Shown here piece after piece: positions 45,039-54,126 of a stretch of 64,000 nucleotides of DNA (within the stretch, counting starts at the first letter, position 1; every line of letters begins with the position of its first letter). Under the pieces are notes generated by a model that was not told the origin of the DNA, ran no database searches, and saw only the letters and a list, made by a program, of their open reading frames with translations. Made by a program: the position numbers and the translations under genes. This DNA is from Nanobdellota archaeon (GTDB lineage: Archaea > Nanobdellota > Nanobdellia > Woesearchaeales > UBA11576). Location of the stretch: the NCBI GenBank assembly GCA_042576705.1, contig JBHPEY010000004.1, positions 1,393 to 65,392 on the forward strand, read 5' to 3'.

Positions 45039-45947
45039 TCATATCTTGAGCTTCATGAAATCAAAGGCACAGGCACTCTTGGGAAACACTGTTTTTGCAT
45101 CTGATTCAATCTCTTCCACTGTCTTGTAACGCTGCGAGAAATGCGTCAGCACGAGATTCTTCACATCCGCCTGATGGGCAATCTGCGCGGCATCCTGTGC
45201 AGTGAGGTGCTTATATGCCTCTGCCTTCTCCTGAAGGTCTGTGGCATAAGATGATTCAGATATCATGACATCTGCACCCTGCGCAAGTTTGATGCACCCG
45301 CCGCACGCCACTGTGTCTGCGATATATGTTATCTTCTTCCCTTCGACAAGATAGGTGATGTCTTCAGGCGCAATCTCTTTTCCTTTATACGTGATGGCCT
45401 TGCCATCCTTGAGCTTACGGAGATGCGGCCCATCGCGTACTCCAAGCTTTTTCTTCTTTGCGTCATCGATGTTCAGCTTGTCCTTCTCGATGAAGCTGTA
45501 CCCGATGCAGGGCACATTGTGATCAAGCGCTCCACATTCGATGATATAATCCTCATTTTCAACAGCCACCAAGATATCATCTTTCTTAGGCACGAGCTCA
45601 TGAATATTAAGATTTATCTGCACATCAAATATCACCATCTTGAGCATATGCCCAACACGTTCCTTGGTACCGACAGGCCCATAGATATCCACAGTAGGAT
45701 TGGCCTCCTTGTTGGCCATGGTCTGCAGCAACCCCACGATACCAGACACGTGGTCACCATGCCAATGAGATATCAATATCTTGGTGACACTATTTCGATT
45801 TACCCCTGCAATATTCATCTGCCTCTGAGACCCCTCACCGCAGTCCAGAAGTATCCCTTCATTCTTGTATCTGAGGAAGATACCTGACACATTCCTTTCC
45901 TTGGTAGGCACCATAGCAGAAGTGCCCAAAAACGTTATTTCTATCAT
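45039..45947 (-). CDS. rnz: ribonuclease Z (tRNA 3' endonuclease)
   Basis: Metallo-beta-lactamase HWHGDH motif, FLGTSAMVPT N-terminus, LTHFSQRY C-terminal motif; 302 aa. Confidence 0.88.
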   Translation of the reverse strand: MIEITFLGTSAMVPTKERNVSGIFLRYKNEGILLDCGEGSQRQMNIAGVNRNSVTKILISHWHGDHVSGIVGLLQTMANKEANPTVDIYGPVGTKERVGHMLKMVIFDVQINLNIHELVPKKDDILVAVENEDYIIECGALDHNVPCIGYSFIEKDKLNIDDAKKKKLGVRDGPHLRKLKDGKAITYKGKEIAPEDITYLVEGKKITYIADTVACGGCIKLAQGADVMISESSYATDLQEKAEAYKHLTAQDAAQIAHQADVKNLVLTHFSQRYKTVEEIESDAKTVFPKSACAFDFMKLKI

Positions 45948-46001
45948 GAGTCATAATTGTTGTAAGGTCTTTTATAAATATATTGTACAGGGCCGCTGCC
46001 G

Positions 46002-46086
46002 CCACGATGTCTGCGTCTAAGACTGTCTGACTATAGTTTTGGCCGCAGGCCACCTTCTCTATATCATTTCTATTACTGAAGCGCAA
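46002..46086 (+). repeat. conserved intergenic element, copy E
   Basis: CCACG-ATGTCTGC-GTCTAAGACTGTCTGACTATAGTTTT-GGCCGCAGGCC-ACCTTCTC-TATATCATTTCTATTACTGAAGCGCAA. TTTTATAAATA at about 45970..45980 would place a plus-strand start near 46000. Confidence 0.8.
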
Positions 46087-46127
46087 CCAGCCCCTAACAC
46101 CCAAAACATGGCTGCCACAACGGTAAC

Positions 46128-46136
46128 TTTTATAAA
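46128..46136 (+). promoter_or_regulatory. TATA box for endA (leaderless spacing)
   Basis: TTTTATAAA ends 24 nt before the ATG at 46160. The same TTTATAAACCCCCT string occurs at about 9935. Confidence 0.5.
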
Positions 46137-46159
46137 CCCCCTAATAACCCCCTTTTCAC

Positions 46160-46777
46160 ATGCCACGCAAGAAAAAGGTTGGCACGCCTGCAGAGACCGA
46201 GAAACCGGCTGCAAAGGCTGAAGGTACAGAAGATAAACCAAAACGTACCAAGGTCGTTGTTTCTGCTGTCTTTGCGCGTGAACGTGTAATCACCGAACCA
46301 ACAGATGAAGCTAGGGAGTTCTATGACCAGTCAAGATTCGGCAGCGTAATAGAAGACGGCAAGGTCCAACTCTCCCTGCTGGAAGCACTTTACCTGCATG
46401 AGAAAGGCCGCCTCAAGATAATAGAAGGCAAAAAGAAAGAGCTGGATTTCGACACCTTCGTAAAGAAGGCAAGAAAAGTAGAACCAAACTTCTGGATAAG
46501 ATACTGTGTCTTCAAGGACATGCGCAACCGCGGCTACATTGTCAAGACCGCACTCAAGTTCGGCGCAGACTTCCGCGTATACGACCGCGGCGTAAAGCCA
46601 GGCGAAGACCACGCGAAGTGGATAATCTATCCTGTGCATGAAGGAGAACAGATAACATGGTATGAGTTCAGCGCAAAGAACCGCGTAGCCCACTCAACAA
46701 AGAAGCGACTTTTGATCGGAGTAGTGGATGATGAAGGTGACGTGACCTATTACGAGATCCGCTGGGTCAGGCCTTGA
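46160..46777 (+). CDS. endA: tRNA-splicing endonuclease (short, single catalytic unit) with Lys-rich N-terminal extension
   Basis: YLHEKGRLKI, RNRGYIVKTALKFGADFRVYDRG, HAKWIIYPV, KRLLIGVVDDEGDVTYYEIRWVRP; 205 aa. Confidence 0.88.
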   Translation: MPRKKKVGTPAETEKPAAKAEGTEDKPKRTKVVVSAVFARERVITEPTDEAREFYDQSRFGSVIEDGKVQLSLLEALYLHEKGRLKIIEGKKKELDFDTFVKKARKVEPNFWIRYCVFKDMRNRGYIVKTALKFGADFRVYDRGVKPGEDHAKWIIYPVHEGEQITWYEFSAKNRVAHSTKKRLLIGVVDDEGDVTYYEIRWVRP

Positions 46778-47417
46778 GCTTTCTCAGGTATCCTTTAGTG
46801 ATTTTATTGTCAAAGCACACAACAACCTTCTGGATGTTCTTGGAATCATATTTTTTTATTGTGTCACTTATCGCCCGAAATGATCTTGCAGGTGTCATCC
46901 CATAGCTGGGCCGTGCTGCCATGACAGGCATTGCAACAGACTGCGCTCCCAGGGAGTCAGCGATCTTAAGACTCCTCTCAACAGCCTTCCTTATGTTAGC
47001 TTCAGTCCCTGGCACCCGTCGCGAGCTGTGCAGGCCCAGCTTGTATGACATGCTCACAGCATGGACTATCTTTCGATCATCTTTCCTTGACCATGATTCC
47101 TGCAGGACAGCATCCCCTCTCTTGAACTCATTGCCTTTCTTAACCAGCAGCAATTTAAGACAGCCAAGCTGAGCGTATGTAGGCACCCAACTCTGGTCCT
47201 TGAACACGCGCACATAGTCATTCCGTATCCGCGCAGGCAGCTTCGAAAGGATCCTGCTATACTCTGCTTTCTCTTTCTGTGTAAGCCTCTGTGATTTCTC
47301 CCGTATCGCCCCTGCACCGCTTGTGCCTAGAAGAAGGAACCCGTTTGCAGAGTTGACGACCACATGGACTTTTTTGTTGATTGCGTAGCCTGTTTCATAG
47401 ACAATCTTGATCTTCAT
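46767..47417 (-). CDS. Macro-domain protein
   Basis: VVNSANGFLLLGTSGAGAIRE, IVHAVSMSY, SVAMPVMAARPSYGMTP, VVVCFDN. Convergent 11-nt overlap with endA. Confidence 0.6.
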   Translation of the reverse strand: MKIKIVYETGYAINKKVHVVVNSANGFLLLGTSGAGAIREKSQRLTQKEKAEYSRILSKLPARIRNDYVRVFKDQSWVPTYAQLGCLKLLLVKKGNEFKRGDAVLQESWSRKDDRKIVHAVSMSYKLGLHSSRRVPGTEANIRKAVERSLKIADSLGAQSVAMPVMAARPSYGMTPARSFRAISDTIKKYDSKNIQKVVVCFDNKITKGYLRKLKA

Positions 47418-47501
47418 TTATAACACCCACAACACCAGGATATTTATAAATTACGCCTTTCATGACAAATTTTATATACCGCTGCAACTAATTCTCCACC
47501 A

Positions 47502-48614
47502 ATGGACCACCGTGAGAAACTTCTAAGTATTGTAAAGGAAAAAGGCCCTTTGCTGCCCGCCCAGATAAACAGGGAGCTCCGCACAAATGTGCTTTTCGCG
47601 AGCGCAATGCTTGCCGAGATGGTGGACCAGAAGAAGATAAGGCTCACATCAATGAAGATCGGCGGCTCTCCATTATACTATTGTGAAGGTCAGGAGCCTG
47701 CGCTCGAGCAGTTCACAGAGAAGATTGGGCCAACAGAAAGAGCAGCATTCAACCTTCTCAAAGGATCAAAGATCGTGCGTGATCGTGACCAGGAACCGCC
47801 TGCTCGCGTAGCGCTGAGGGAGCTCAAGGATTTTGCCGTACCCCTCGAAGTCACTGCCAATGGAAGCAAGGACCTGTTCTGGAAGTTCTATGCTGTGTCT
47901 GATCAGGAAGCGAATTCATTGATCAAGAATTACCTGAATGCAAGACAGCGGCCCCGGCAGGCGCCTCCATCTCAGCCAAAGCCACAACCAGAACCGCAGA
48001 GACAGCAGGAACAGCCTCCAAGACAGGAAGTGCCAAAGCCTCAGGAGGTACAATCAACAATAGGTTCTGTGCAGGAGAAGGGTGCTGAGGCAAAGCAGGA
48101 GCGTGTCGGACCCACACAGACGCTCGAACCCGCCCCTAAGCCAGTGACATCTGTAAAGATGACGCAGCTCGAGGAATCAAAGATCCCTGAATTTGAATAC
48201 CAGCCGAGTTTTTCATTCTCAACACTGGTAGACACAGATGAAAAGGTAAAGATAGAGAAACAGCCTGAACCGGAAACCAAGACCCTGGAATTCCCAGAAG
48301 ATGATGAGTTTTTCAATCACATAAAATCATTTTTCGACAATGCAGGAATAGAGATAACCGAACTGGAAACCGTAAGAAGGGGTAGTGAATACGACCTCAT
48401 AGTGAAGCTTCCCAGCAATGTGGGCATGCTCAACTATTACTGCAAGGCAAAGTCTAAGGCAAAGCTGAATGAGGGCGACCTCTCAACAGCATATGTCCAG
48501 GGGATGATAAAGAAACTGCCGATACTGTTGGTCACAGGGGGAGACCTGACCAAGCGGGCAGAGGAACTTCTCGCCAAGGAATTCAAGAACATGTTTGTCA
48601 AGAAGCTAGAGTAA
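47502..48614 (+). CDS. hypothetical protein: N-terminal winged helix, P/Q-rich linker, C-terminal PD-(D/E)xK-like module
   Basis: KGPLLPAQINRELRTNVLFASAMLAEMVDQKKIRL at the N-terminus. C-terminal GIEITELETVRRGSEYDLIVKLPSNVGMLNYYCKAKSK resembles an Mrr-type nuclease core (E..D..x-K). The domain calls are tentative. Confidence 0.4.
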   Translation: MDHREKLLSIVKEKGPLLPAQINRELRTNVLFASAMLAEMVDQKKIRLTSMKIGGSPLYYCEGQEPALEQFTEKIGPTERAAFNLLKGSKIVRDRDQEPPARVALRELKDFAVPLEVTANGSKDLFWKFYAVSDQEANSLIKNYLNARQRPRQAPPSQPKPQPEPQRQQEQPPRQEVPKPQEVQSTIGSVQEKGAEAKQERVGPTQTLEPAPKPVTSVKMTQLEESKIPEFEYQPSFSFSTLVDTDEKVKIEKQPEPETKTLEFPEDDEFFNHIKSFFDNAGIEITELETVRRGSEYDLIVKLPSNVGMLNYYCKAKSKAKLNEGDLSTAYVQGMIKKLPILLVTGGDLTKRAEELLAKEFKNMFVKKLE

Positions 48615-48627
48615 AAAGAGGTGTACC

Positions 48628-49662
48628 ATGGGTGTTAATTTCAAGGATATCACAGTAAGGAAGGAGACTTCAATCCAGGCGCTGAGTGGCAAGAAACTTG
48701 TCGTTGACGGAAATAATATCCTATACCAATTTCTCTCTACCATAAGGCAGCCTGACGGCACTCCGTTGACAGACTCCAAAGGGGACATAACATCCCATCT
48801 CAACGGCCTGTTCCACCGCACCACCAAGCTGATGCAGTTTGGCATAAGGCTCGCTTTTGTCTTTGACGGTAAACCTCCTGAACTCAAGCGCGCAGAGTCA
48901 GAACGCCGCGCAGGCCTGAAGAAAGAGGCTGCAAGACAATACGATGCTGCAAAGCAGGAAGGCGACGTTGACCGGATGAAGAAGTTCGGCATGCGCACCT
49001 CCCGCCTGACAAAGGAGATGATAGCAGAAGCAATTCAGCTCCTTGAAGCATTGGGCATCCCGGTAGTGCGCGCGAAATCAGAAGGTGAGGCCCAGGCAGC
49101 TCACATGGTCAAGAAAGGGGAGGTCTATGCAGAGATATCCCAGGATTATGACTGCCTGCTTTTCGGAGTTCCCAGGATGATCCAGAATCTGACAATATCA
49201 GAAAGGAAGAAAAAGAAAGACAAGCTCAGCTACGAGACAGTGAAGCCGCAGATCCTGGCGTTGGAAGATAACCTAAAGCACATAGGGATAACCAACGACC
49301 AGCTCATAGCACTGGGCATGCTGGTCGGCACAGACTACAATATCGGCGGGATAAAGGGCATAGGCCCGAAAAAAGCACTGGATCTCATCAAGCAGCATGA
49401 CGATGATTTCGGGACCCTTTTCGAAACAGTTAAATGGGATGAGTATTTTGACTACAGTTGGAAAGAGGTGTTCAATCTGTTCAAAGACATGCCTGTAGAT
49501 ACTGATTACGAGCTTGAATGGAAGGAGATAGACCATCACGGAGTGGTCAGCCTGCTGTGCGACAGGCACGATTTCAGCAGGCAGAGGGTCGAGGATACCC
49601 TTGCCAAGCTGGACAAGGCGCAGGCAAAGCTGTCGCAGAAAGGATTGGGGGATTTCTTCTAA
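48628..49662 (+). CDS. fen: flap endonuclease 1
   Basis: MGVNFKDI.., LVVDGNNILYQFL, FVFDGKPPELK, SEGEAQAA, H3TH GIKGIGPKKA; 344 aa. Confidence 0.93.
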   Translation: MGVNFKDITVRKETSIQALSGKKLVVDGNNILYQFLSTIRQPDGTPLTDSKGDITSHLNGLFHRTTKLMQFGIRLAFVFDGKPPELKRAESERRAGLKKEAARQYDAAKQEGDVDRMKKFGMRTSRLTKEMIAEAIQLLEALGIPVVRAKSEGEAQAAHMVKKGEVYAEISQDYDCLLFGVPRMIQNLTISERKKKKDKLSYETVKPQILALEDNLKHIGITNDQLIALGMLVGTDYNIGGIKGIGPKKALDLIKQHDDDFGTLFETVKWDEYFDYSWKEVFNLFKDMPVDTDYELEWKEIDHHGVVSLLCDRHDFSRQRVEDTLAKLDKAQAKLSQKGLGDFF

Positions 49663-49663
49663 G

Positions 49664-50533
49664 ATGGAGTGGTTTGTTTTCGTGCTGTTCTCTGCATTGT
49701 TCTTCGGTACACGGCAGGTCGTGGCCAAGAAGGCATTGATGTACGAACATGCCACAGAGCATCTCTCAGCGACATGTCTGGTCACGTTCCTTTTCACATT
49801 GTTCTTCCTTCCTAAGATGAGCTTTGACTATTCTGCGTACATGTGGCTCCTGATATTCATGAAAGGGCTGCTGCTCACAGTGGGCTGGATGCTGGGTGCA
49901 AAGGCGCTGCGGCACCTGGAGATATCCTATGTCACGCCGCTTACCAATCTTTCACCGGTCTTCCTACTGATTTTCGCGTTCTTTATCCTGAAGGAAGTGC
50001 CATCAGCTCTGCAGTACGCCGGCGTCGCCCTTCTTGTTCTGGGCGCCTACTGGCTTCAGGCAGACCATCATTTCAGCAGCCTGATAAGGCCCTGGCACAT
50101 ATTCAGGAATAAGTATTCTATTTTCATGCTTATTGCGCTTTTCTTCTATGCGCTCTGCGCAGTGATTGACAAGCTGGTCCTGCAGGAGGTGGATCCTTAT
50201 ACATTCCTTTCAGCGACCTATTTTTTCCTTGCATTCAACTATCTTACCATCCAGTTTGTGAAGTACGATGGTCTGAAGGATATAAAGCACGCATTTTCAC
50301 ATGAGAAATATCTCATAATAATCGTGGCGCTTCTGCTGATATTTGCAGACATCTTCTATTACATGGCTGTAGCGCTGCCCGGCGCCATGGTCTCTCTGAT
50401 AATCCCTATCAAGAGGCTGAGCACATTGGTTGCGACGATAATAGGTGGCAGGATGTTCCACGACCATAACCTCCCGCAGAGGATCGTGGCCTGCGCAGTG
50501 ATGGTTGCTGGCGTGGTTCTAGTGGTCATCTGA
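49664..50533 (+). CDS. EamA/DMT-family transporter
   Basis: Ten TM helices in two EamA-like halves. Start taken at MEWFVFVLFSALFFG, 1 nt after the fen stop; the track start 49601 overlaps fen. Confidence 0.7.
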   Translation: MEWFVFVLFSALFFGTRQVVAKKALMYEHATEHLSATCLVTFLFTLFFLPKMSFDYSAYMWLLIFMKGLLLTVGWMLGAKALRHLEISYVTPLTNLSPVFLLIFAFFILKEVPSALQYAGVALLVLGAYWLQADHHFSSLIRPWHIFRNKYSIFMLIALFFYALCAVIDKLVLQEVDPYTFLSATYFFLAFNYLTIQFVKYDGLKDIKHAFSHEKYLIIIVALLLIFADIFYYMAVALPGAMVSLIIPIKRLSTLVATIIGGRMFHDHNLPQRIVACAVMVAGVVLVVI

Positions 50534-51564
50534 TGAAAATGGTCCTCTGTGTCAAGACTCCTCTGAAAAACGCGCAACAGGTCAAGCAGTTTCTGGTTGA
50601 GAACGGGCTTTTTGACTACAGCTACAGGTTCAGGCGCACCAAGACTCACATATTCTTCCCGGTGAGCAAGAAGACCGGCATAAAAAAACAATTCAGATTC
50701 ACAGAATTCACTGATATCAAGCTCCAGGAGGCAAGAAAGAAAGAGACTTTCAAGCAGGTCATCACCAAAAAGCTCTCGAAGGCAGAACTCGTGACATTGA
50801 GGCGGGCATTTGACATCATAGGCACTATAGCGATAGTTGAGATCCCGGATGAGCTTGTGAAGAAAGAGAAACTTCTTGCTGAGACCCTCCTCGCGCTACA
50901 GAAGAACGTCAAGACCGTCCTGAAGAAAGCCGGAATCCACGGCACAGAGTTCCGCACACAGCCTATGAAGTATCTTGCAGGCGAGAAGACAAAGGAGACG
51001 ATAAGCAAGGAGCAGGGAGTGAGGCTAAAGCTCAATGTAGAGAAAGTATATTTCTCACCAAGACTATCCACAGAACGGAAACGCATAGCATCTCAGGTAA
51101 AGCCTGGTGAAGATGTGCTGGTCATGTTCTCTGGCTGCGCCCCTTACCCTTGTGTCATAGCAAGGACCACAAAAGCAGGACACATAACAGGGATTGAGAT
51201 CAATCCTGCAGGCCACCGCTACGGCGAGGAGAACATAAAGCTCAACAAGATAGACAACATAAAGCTCTACAACGCAGATGTCAGGAAAGCAGTACCAAAA
51301 CTGAAGAAGAGGTTCGACCGCATAGTGATGCCCCTGCCTAAGTCTGCAGGCGATTTCCTGGAGACTGCATTCAAGGCAGCAAAGCGCGGCACGACAATCC
51401 ACTTCTATGCATTCGAGGAACAGGGGCATTTCAAGGACGCAGTCGCAAGGGTGAAAACAGCCTGCAAGAAAAACGGTCTGAGATGCCGGATACTCAGGAC
51501 AGTAAAGTGCGGCCAGCACGCGCCAAGGACATTCAGGATATGCGTCGATTTCAGGATAATATGA
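50533..51564 (+). CDS. trm5: tRNA (guanine37-N1)-methyltransferase Trm5 family (Met-10+ domain)
   Basis: VLVMFSGCAPYPCVIA, GIEINPAGHRYGEENIKLN, DRIVMPLPKSA. TGATG overlap with the transporter gene. Confidence 0.8.
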   Translation: MKMVLCVKTPLKNAQQVKQFLVENGLFDYSYRFRRTKTHIFFPVSKKTGIKKQFRFTEFTDIKLQEARKKETFKQVITKKLSKAELVTLRRAFDIIGTIAIVEIPDELVKKEKLLAETLLALQKNVKTVLKKAGIHGTEFRTQPMKYLAGEKTKETISKEQGVRLKLNVEKVYFSPRLSTERKRIASQVKPGEDVLVMFSGCAPYPCVIARTTKAGHITGIEINPAGHRYGEENIKLNKIDNIKLYNADVRKAVPKLKKRFDRIVMPLPKSAGDFLETAFKAAKRGTTIHFYAFEEQGHFKDAVARVKTACKKNGLRCRILRTVKCGQHAPRTFRICVDFRII

Positions 51565-51572
51565 TGTAGTGA

Positions 51573-52943
51573 TCAGACCCTCGCAGGGTTCTCCCCATTC
51601 TCAAGCTTTTTTCTAGCATAGTTCGTAAGCGTGTATTTAGATCTTATCACGTGTGGTATCATCTCAGCAAGATCAGGCTCTTCATCCGGGTTCATTAACA
51701 TGTTGATCTTACAAAAAGAATCGTTCTTGAAGAACTTGAGGTTTCTGACAGCCTTTTCAGTTATGTTGTCAGGATGCTGTAACAGGTATGCATAGTGTTT
51801 TAGCCCTGACTTGGTGCAGCCGAACCCGCTTTTGTATATTCCCTCGGCGCCTATTGCATCAATAAGCTCTGAAGCAGATTGTATCCTCCTGTCAGGGTCA
51901 TTTTCCAGCAGTTTGCATGCGACCTCAGAGACAATGATGTCGATGCCCTGGACAATCTCGTGCGGAGGGACAAGCTCTCTTTTAAGATCCTGGTCCAATA
52001 GCGTGAGCATTCCACCTATCCCCTGAGTTTTTGTATAATTATCGTTTGGCCTCAACCCTGTAAGCATCTCATATAACACGACACCCAAGGAATAAAGGTC
52101 TGTTCGGGCGTCCACCTTTCTTCTGTACAGTATCTCTGGCGCGATGTAAGGTATCTTCCCTGAAATGATTCCTCCTTCCCCCTCTATGTCTGTTGCAGTC
52201 ATGGCAATCCCAAAATCACTGAGTTTGACAGAGCCTTCCCTGAGTCGTATGAGTATGTTTCCCGGCGAGATGTCTCGGTGTATGACCCCGACCCTTTCAG
52301 GTCCTTCGTGTCCGTTCTCATCCTCAGGCACGTACTCATGCGCATACTCAAGAGCATTCGCGACAGAGAACACGATGAACCCTGCAACATCGTCATTCAT
52401 TTTTGTGATGTTTGGCTTGAGAAGGTGTTCATATGGTGTGGTTCCAGCGTCAGGCATGAGGTTGTGCAGCCCAATGAGCCCGTACAGGTCAACGCCTTCC
52501 ACATAATCCATGACAATGAAGTATGTCCCACTGCCAGGCAGGTATTCCCATGACTGGAACTCGACGATATTGTCGTGCTGCAGGTTTGCCGTGAATTTGG
52601 CTTCCTTTATCAGCGCGCGACTGAGCCTGGAGTCCTGGTCCATCCCTCTCACGAATTTGATTGCGACCTTTGTCCTCACGTCATCCTCTGTTCCTGCCCT
52701 TGCTGTGCATATTCTGTCTGCGAGCCATACCTCTCCCATGCCCCCTGATCCGAGGTGCTTTTGGGGTGTATAGACGACCCCCTGGGATTCTATAGCGCGA
52801 CCTTTATGCTGTGCTGGTGAGAAATCTTTTCTTTCAAGTATAGGCACAGATATCTCATCCATACCTACTTCTTTTCCTATCCCTACAATTGTCCGGTTGA
52901 ACAGTTCTTCAAGTGAACTTTGCCCTACAAGTTGATCGCCCAT
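51573..52943 (-). CDS. Hanks-type Ser/Thr protein kinase with C-terminal extension
   Basis: LGSGGMGEVW, VAIKF, HRDISPGNILI, SDFGIA, YIAPE, DLYSLGVVLYEMLTG; 456 aa. Confidence 0.88.
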   Translation of the reverse strand: MGDQLVGQSSLEELFNRTIVGIGKEVGMDEISVPILERKDFSPAQHKGRAIESQGVVYTPQKHLGSGGMGEVWLADRICTARAGTEDDVRTKVAIKFVRGMDQDSRLSRALIKEAKFTANLQHDNIVEFQSWEYLPGSGTYFIVMDYVEGVDLYGLIGLHNLMPDAGTTPYEHLLKPNITKMNDDVAGFIVFSVANALEYAHEYVPEDENGHEGPERVGVIHRDISPGNILIRLREGSVKLSDFGIAMTATDIEGEGGIISGKIPYIAPEILYRRKVDARTDLYSLGVVLYEMLTGLRPNDNYTKTQGIGGMLTLLDQDLKRELVPPHEIVQGIDIIVSEVACKLLENDPDRRIQSASELIDAIGAEGIYKSGFGCTKSGLKHYAYLLQHPDNITEKAVRNLKFFKNDSFCKINMLMNPDEEPDLAEMIPHVIRSKYTLTNYARKKLENGENPARV

Positions 52944-53010
52944 ACTGTAAAAAATAGCAGCTTATCATTTAAGTGAGTTTTGTTGTCCCCCTGCTTTGAC
53001 AACCGTATTC

Positions 53011-53751
53011 TCACTTGAGAACCTTGAAAGAATAAGCCGGCTCGCTGAAAACCTGGCTGACAACCTTGCCTCGCTTGTTTGCCAGCGTAGCCACATCCCC
53101 TGTATCATTCCATACAGGCCTTGGCCTGCCCCAAAACAATTTGGTGTTGGTACTCCTACCTTTGCCTGTGATGACCTTTACAGGTCCGTAAATCATGAAT
53201 CCCTCAGGGAACTTGAATGTGTGCTTTTTTCCCTTATCCCAAAGCTTGAATCCTGTCATATCAACACCATAACCAGTAATCTCGACCCACTCATCTGTAG
53301 ACTTCTTCTTGCCCCTCTTGCCCATCGGCTTGAACAGGGTCTTTGTGATCCTGACCTCTCCCTCTGGTATCTCATACACAGAAGGTTCATCCTTTTTCTT
53401 GAGCCGGCCCTCTTCTTTGAGTATCTTACGCACCTCTACAAGGGCGGATTCTTTGGTTTTGAAGACCTGTGGCTCTGGCGTCTGCACGACCTGTGGCTCT
53501 GCCTTCTCAAGGTCAAATATCCTGTCTGCGAGTTGATTAAGGGCCCTCTGCTGTTCAAGAATAAGTCTCGATTGCTCCTCGAAAGCTGTTTTTACGCTTT
53601 CTGTAGAAAAACTGGCAAAATTTGAGCTCAATGAGTCAAATCTGGTATTTATATCCCTCACGTCCTGTTTTACGTTCGTAAACGACGTACAAAGCAGGTC
53701 ATTGAGCTTCTTGAACTGGAATTCGGGATTGTCTGCCATAAAACCTTTCAA
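53011..53751 (-). CDS. lamin-tail-domain (LTD) protein with N-terminal coiled coil
   Basis: DEWVEITGYGVDMTGFKLWDKGKKHTFKFPEGFMIYGPVKVITGKG..LFWGRPRPVWNDTGDVATLANKRGKVVSQV matches the LTD pattern (EWVEL.N...L.GW.L.D......F.FP......TG.....W....VWNN.GD...L). Confidence 0.6.
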   Translation of the reverse strand: MKGFMADNPEFQFKKLNDLLCTSFTNVKQDVRDINTRFDSLSSNFASFSTESVKTAFEEQSRLILEQQRALNQLADRIFDLEKAEPQVVQTPEPQVFKTKESALVEVRKILKEEGRLKKKDEPSVYEIPEGEVRITKTLFKPMGKRGKKKSTDEWVEITGYGVDMTGFKLWDKGKKHTFKFPEGFMIYGPVKVITGKGRSTNTKLFWGRPRPVWNDTGDVATLANKRGKVVSQVFSEPAYSFKVLK

Positions 53752-53904
53752 GAACCCTCCCTATTTAAATGTTACGAAAATTCACCACTTATCAATGATA
53801 AAAAATAGATATTTATATAAAGAACCTCCAACAGCATGAGAAGGAGTGTAACCAGCGATGATTAAGTGAACACCAGTGCCTCAATGGCAGATGGAGTAAC
53901 TGAT

Positions 53905-54112
53905 GAGCTGGCACAAATCCTTTTTTTCGTGCCGTTGAGCGGAGCGAAATGGCACTGGGTCTTGCGTCCCAGGGTAGCGTAACACGCTGTACTCAGTTGA
54001 GCTGGCACAAATCCTTTTTTTCGTGCCGTTGAGCGGAGCGAAATGGCACTGGGTCTTGCGTCCCAGGGTAGCGTAACACGCTGTACTCAGTTGAGCTGGC
54101 ACAAATCCTTTC
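53905..54112. repeat. perfect 94-bp tandem repeat, 2.2 copies
   Basis: Units start at 53905, 53999 and 54093 (the last is partial). Each unit holds GGCAC..GTGCC..GGCAC (two mutually exclusive hairpins sharing GTGCC), CTGGG-TCTTGCGT-CCCAG and AGCGT-AAC-ACGCT. Confidence 0.9.
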
Positions 54113-54126
54113 TTCAGAATTCTAAA

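Noticed and set aside
53881-54102. 73-aa minus-strand ORF
   Set aside because: It lies wholly within the 94-bp tandem repeat, so its peptide is simply periodic. It has no start context.
53905-54112. CRISPR array or hammerhead ribozyme in the tandem repeat
   Set aside because: The units are directly abutting with no spacers, so this is not CRISPR. The words CTGATGAG (53900..53907) and CGAAA (53953..53957) occur, and GTGCCGT/ATGGCAC would make a stem III. However, only 9 nt lie between the would-be cleavage site and GAAA, and I could not build stems I and II.
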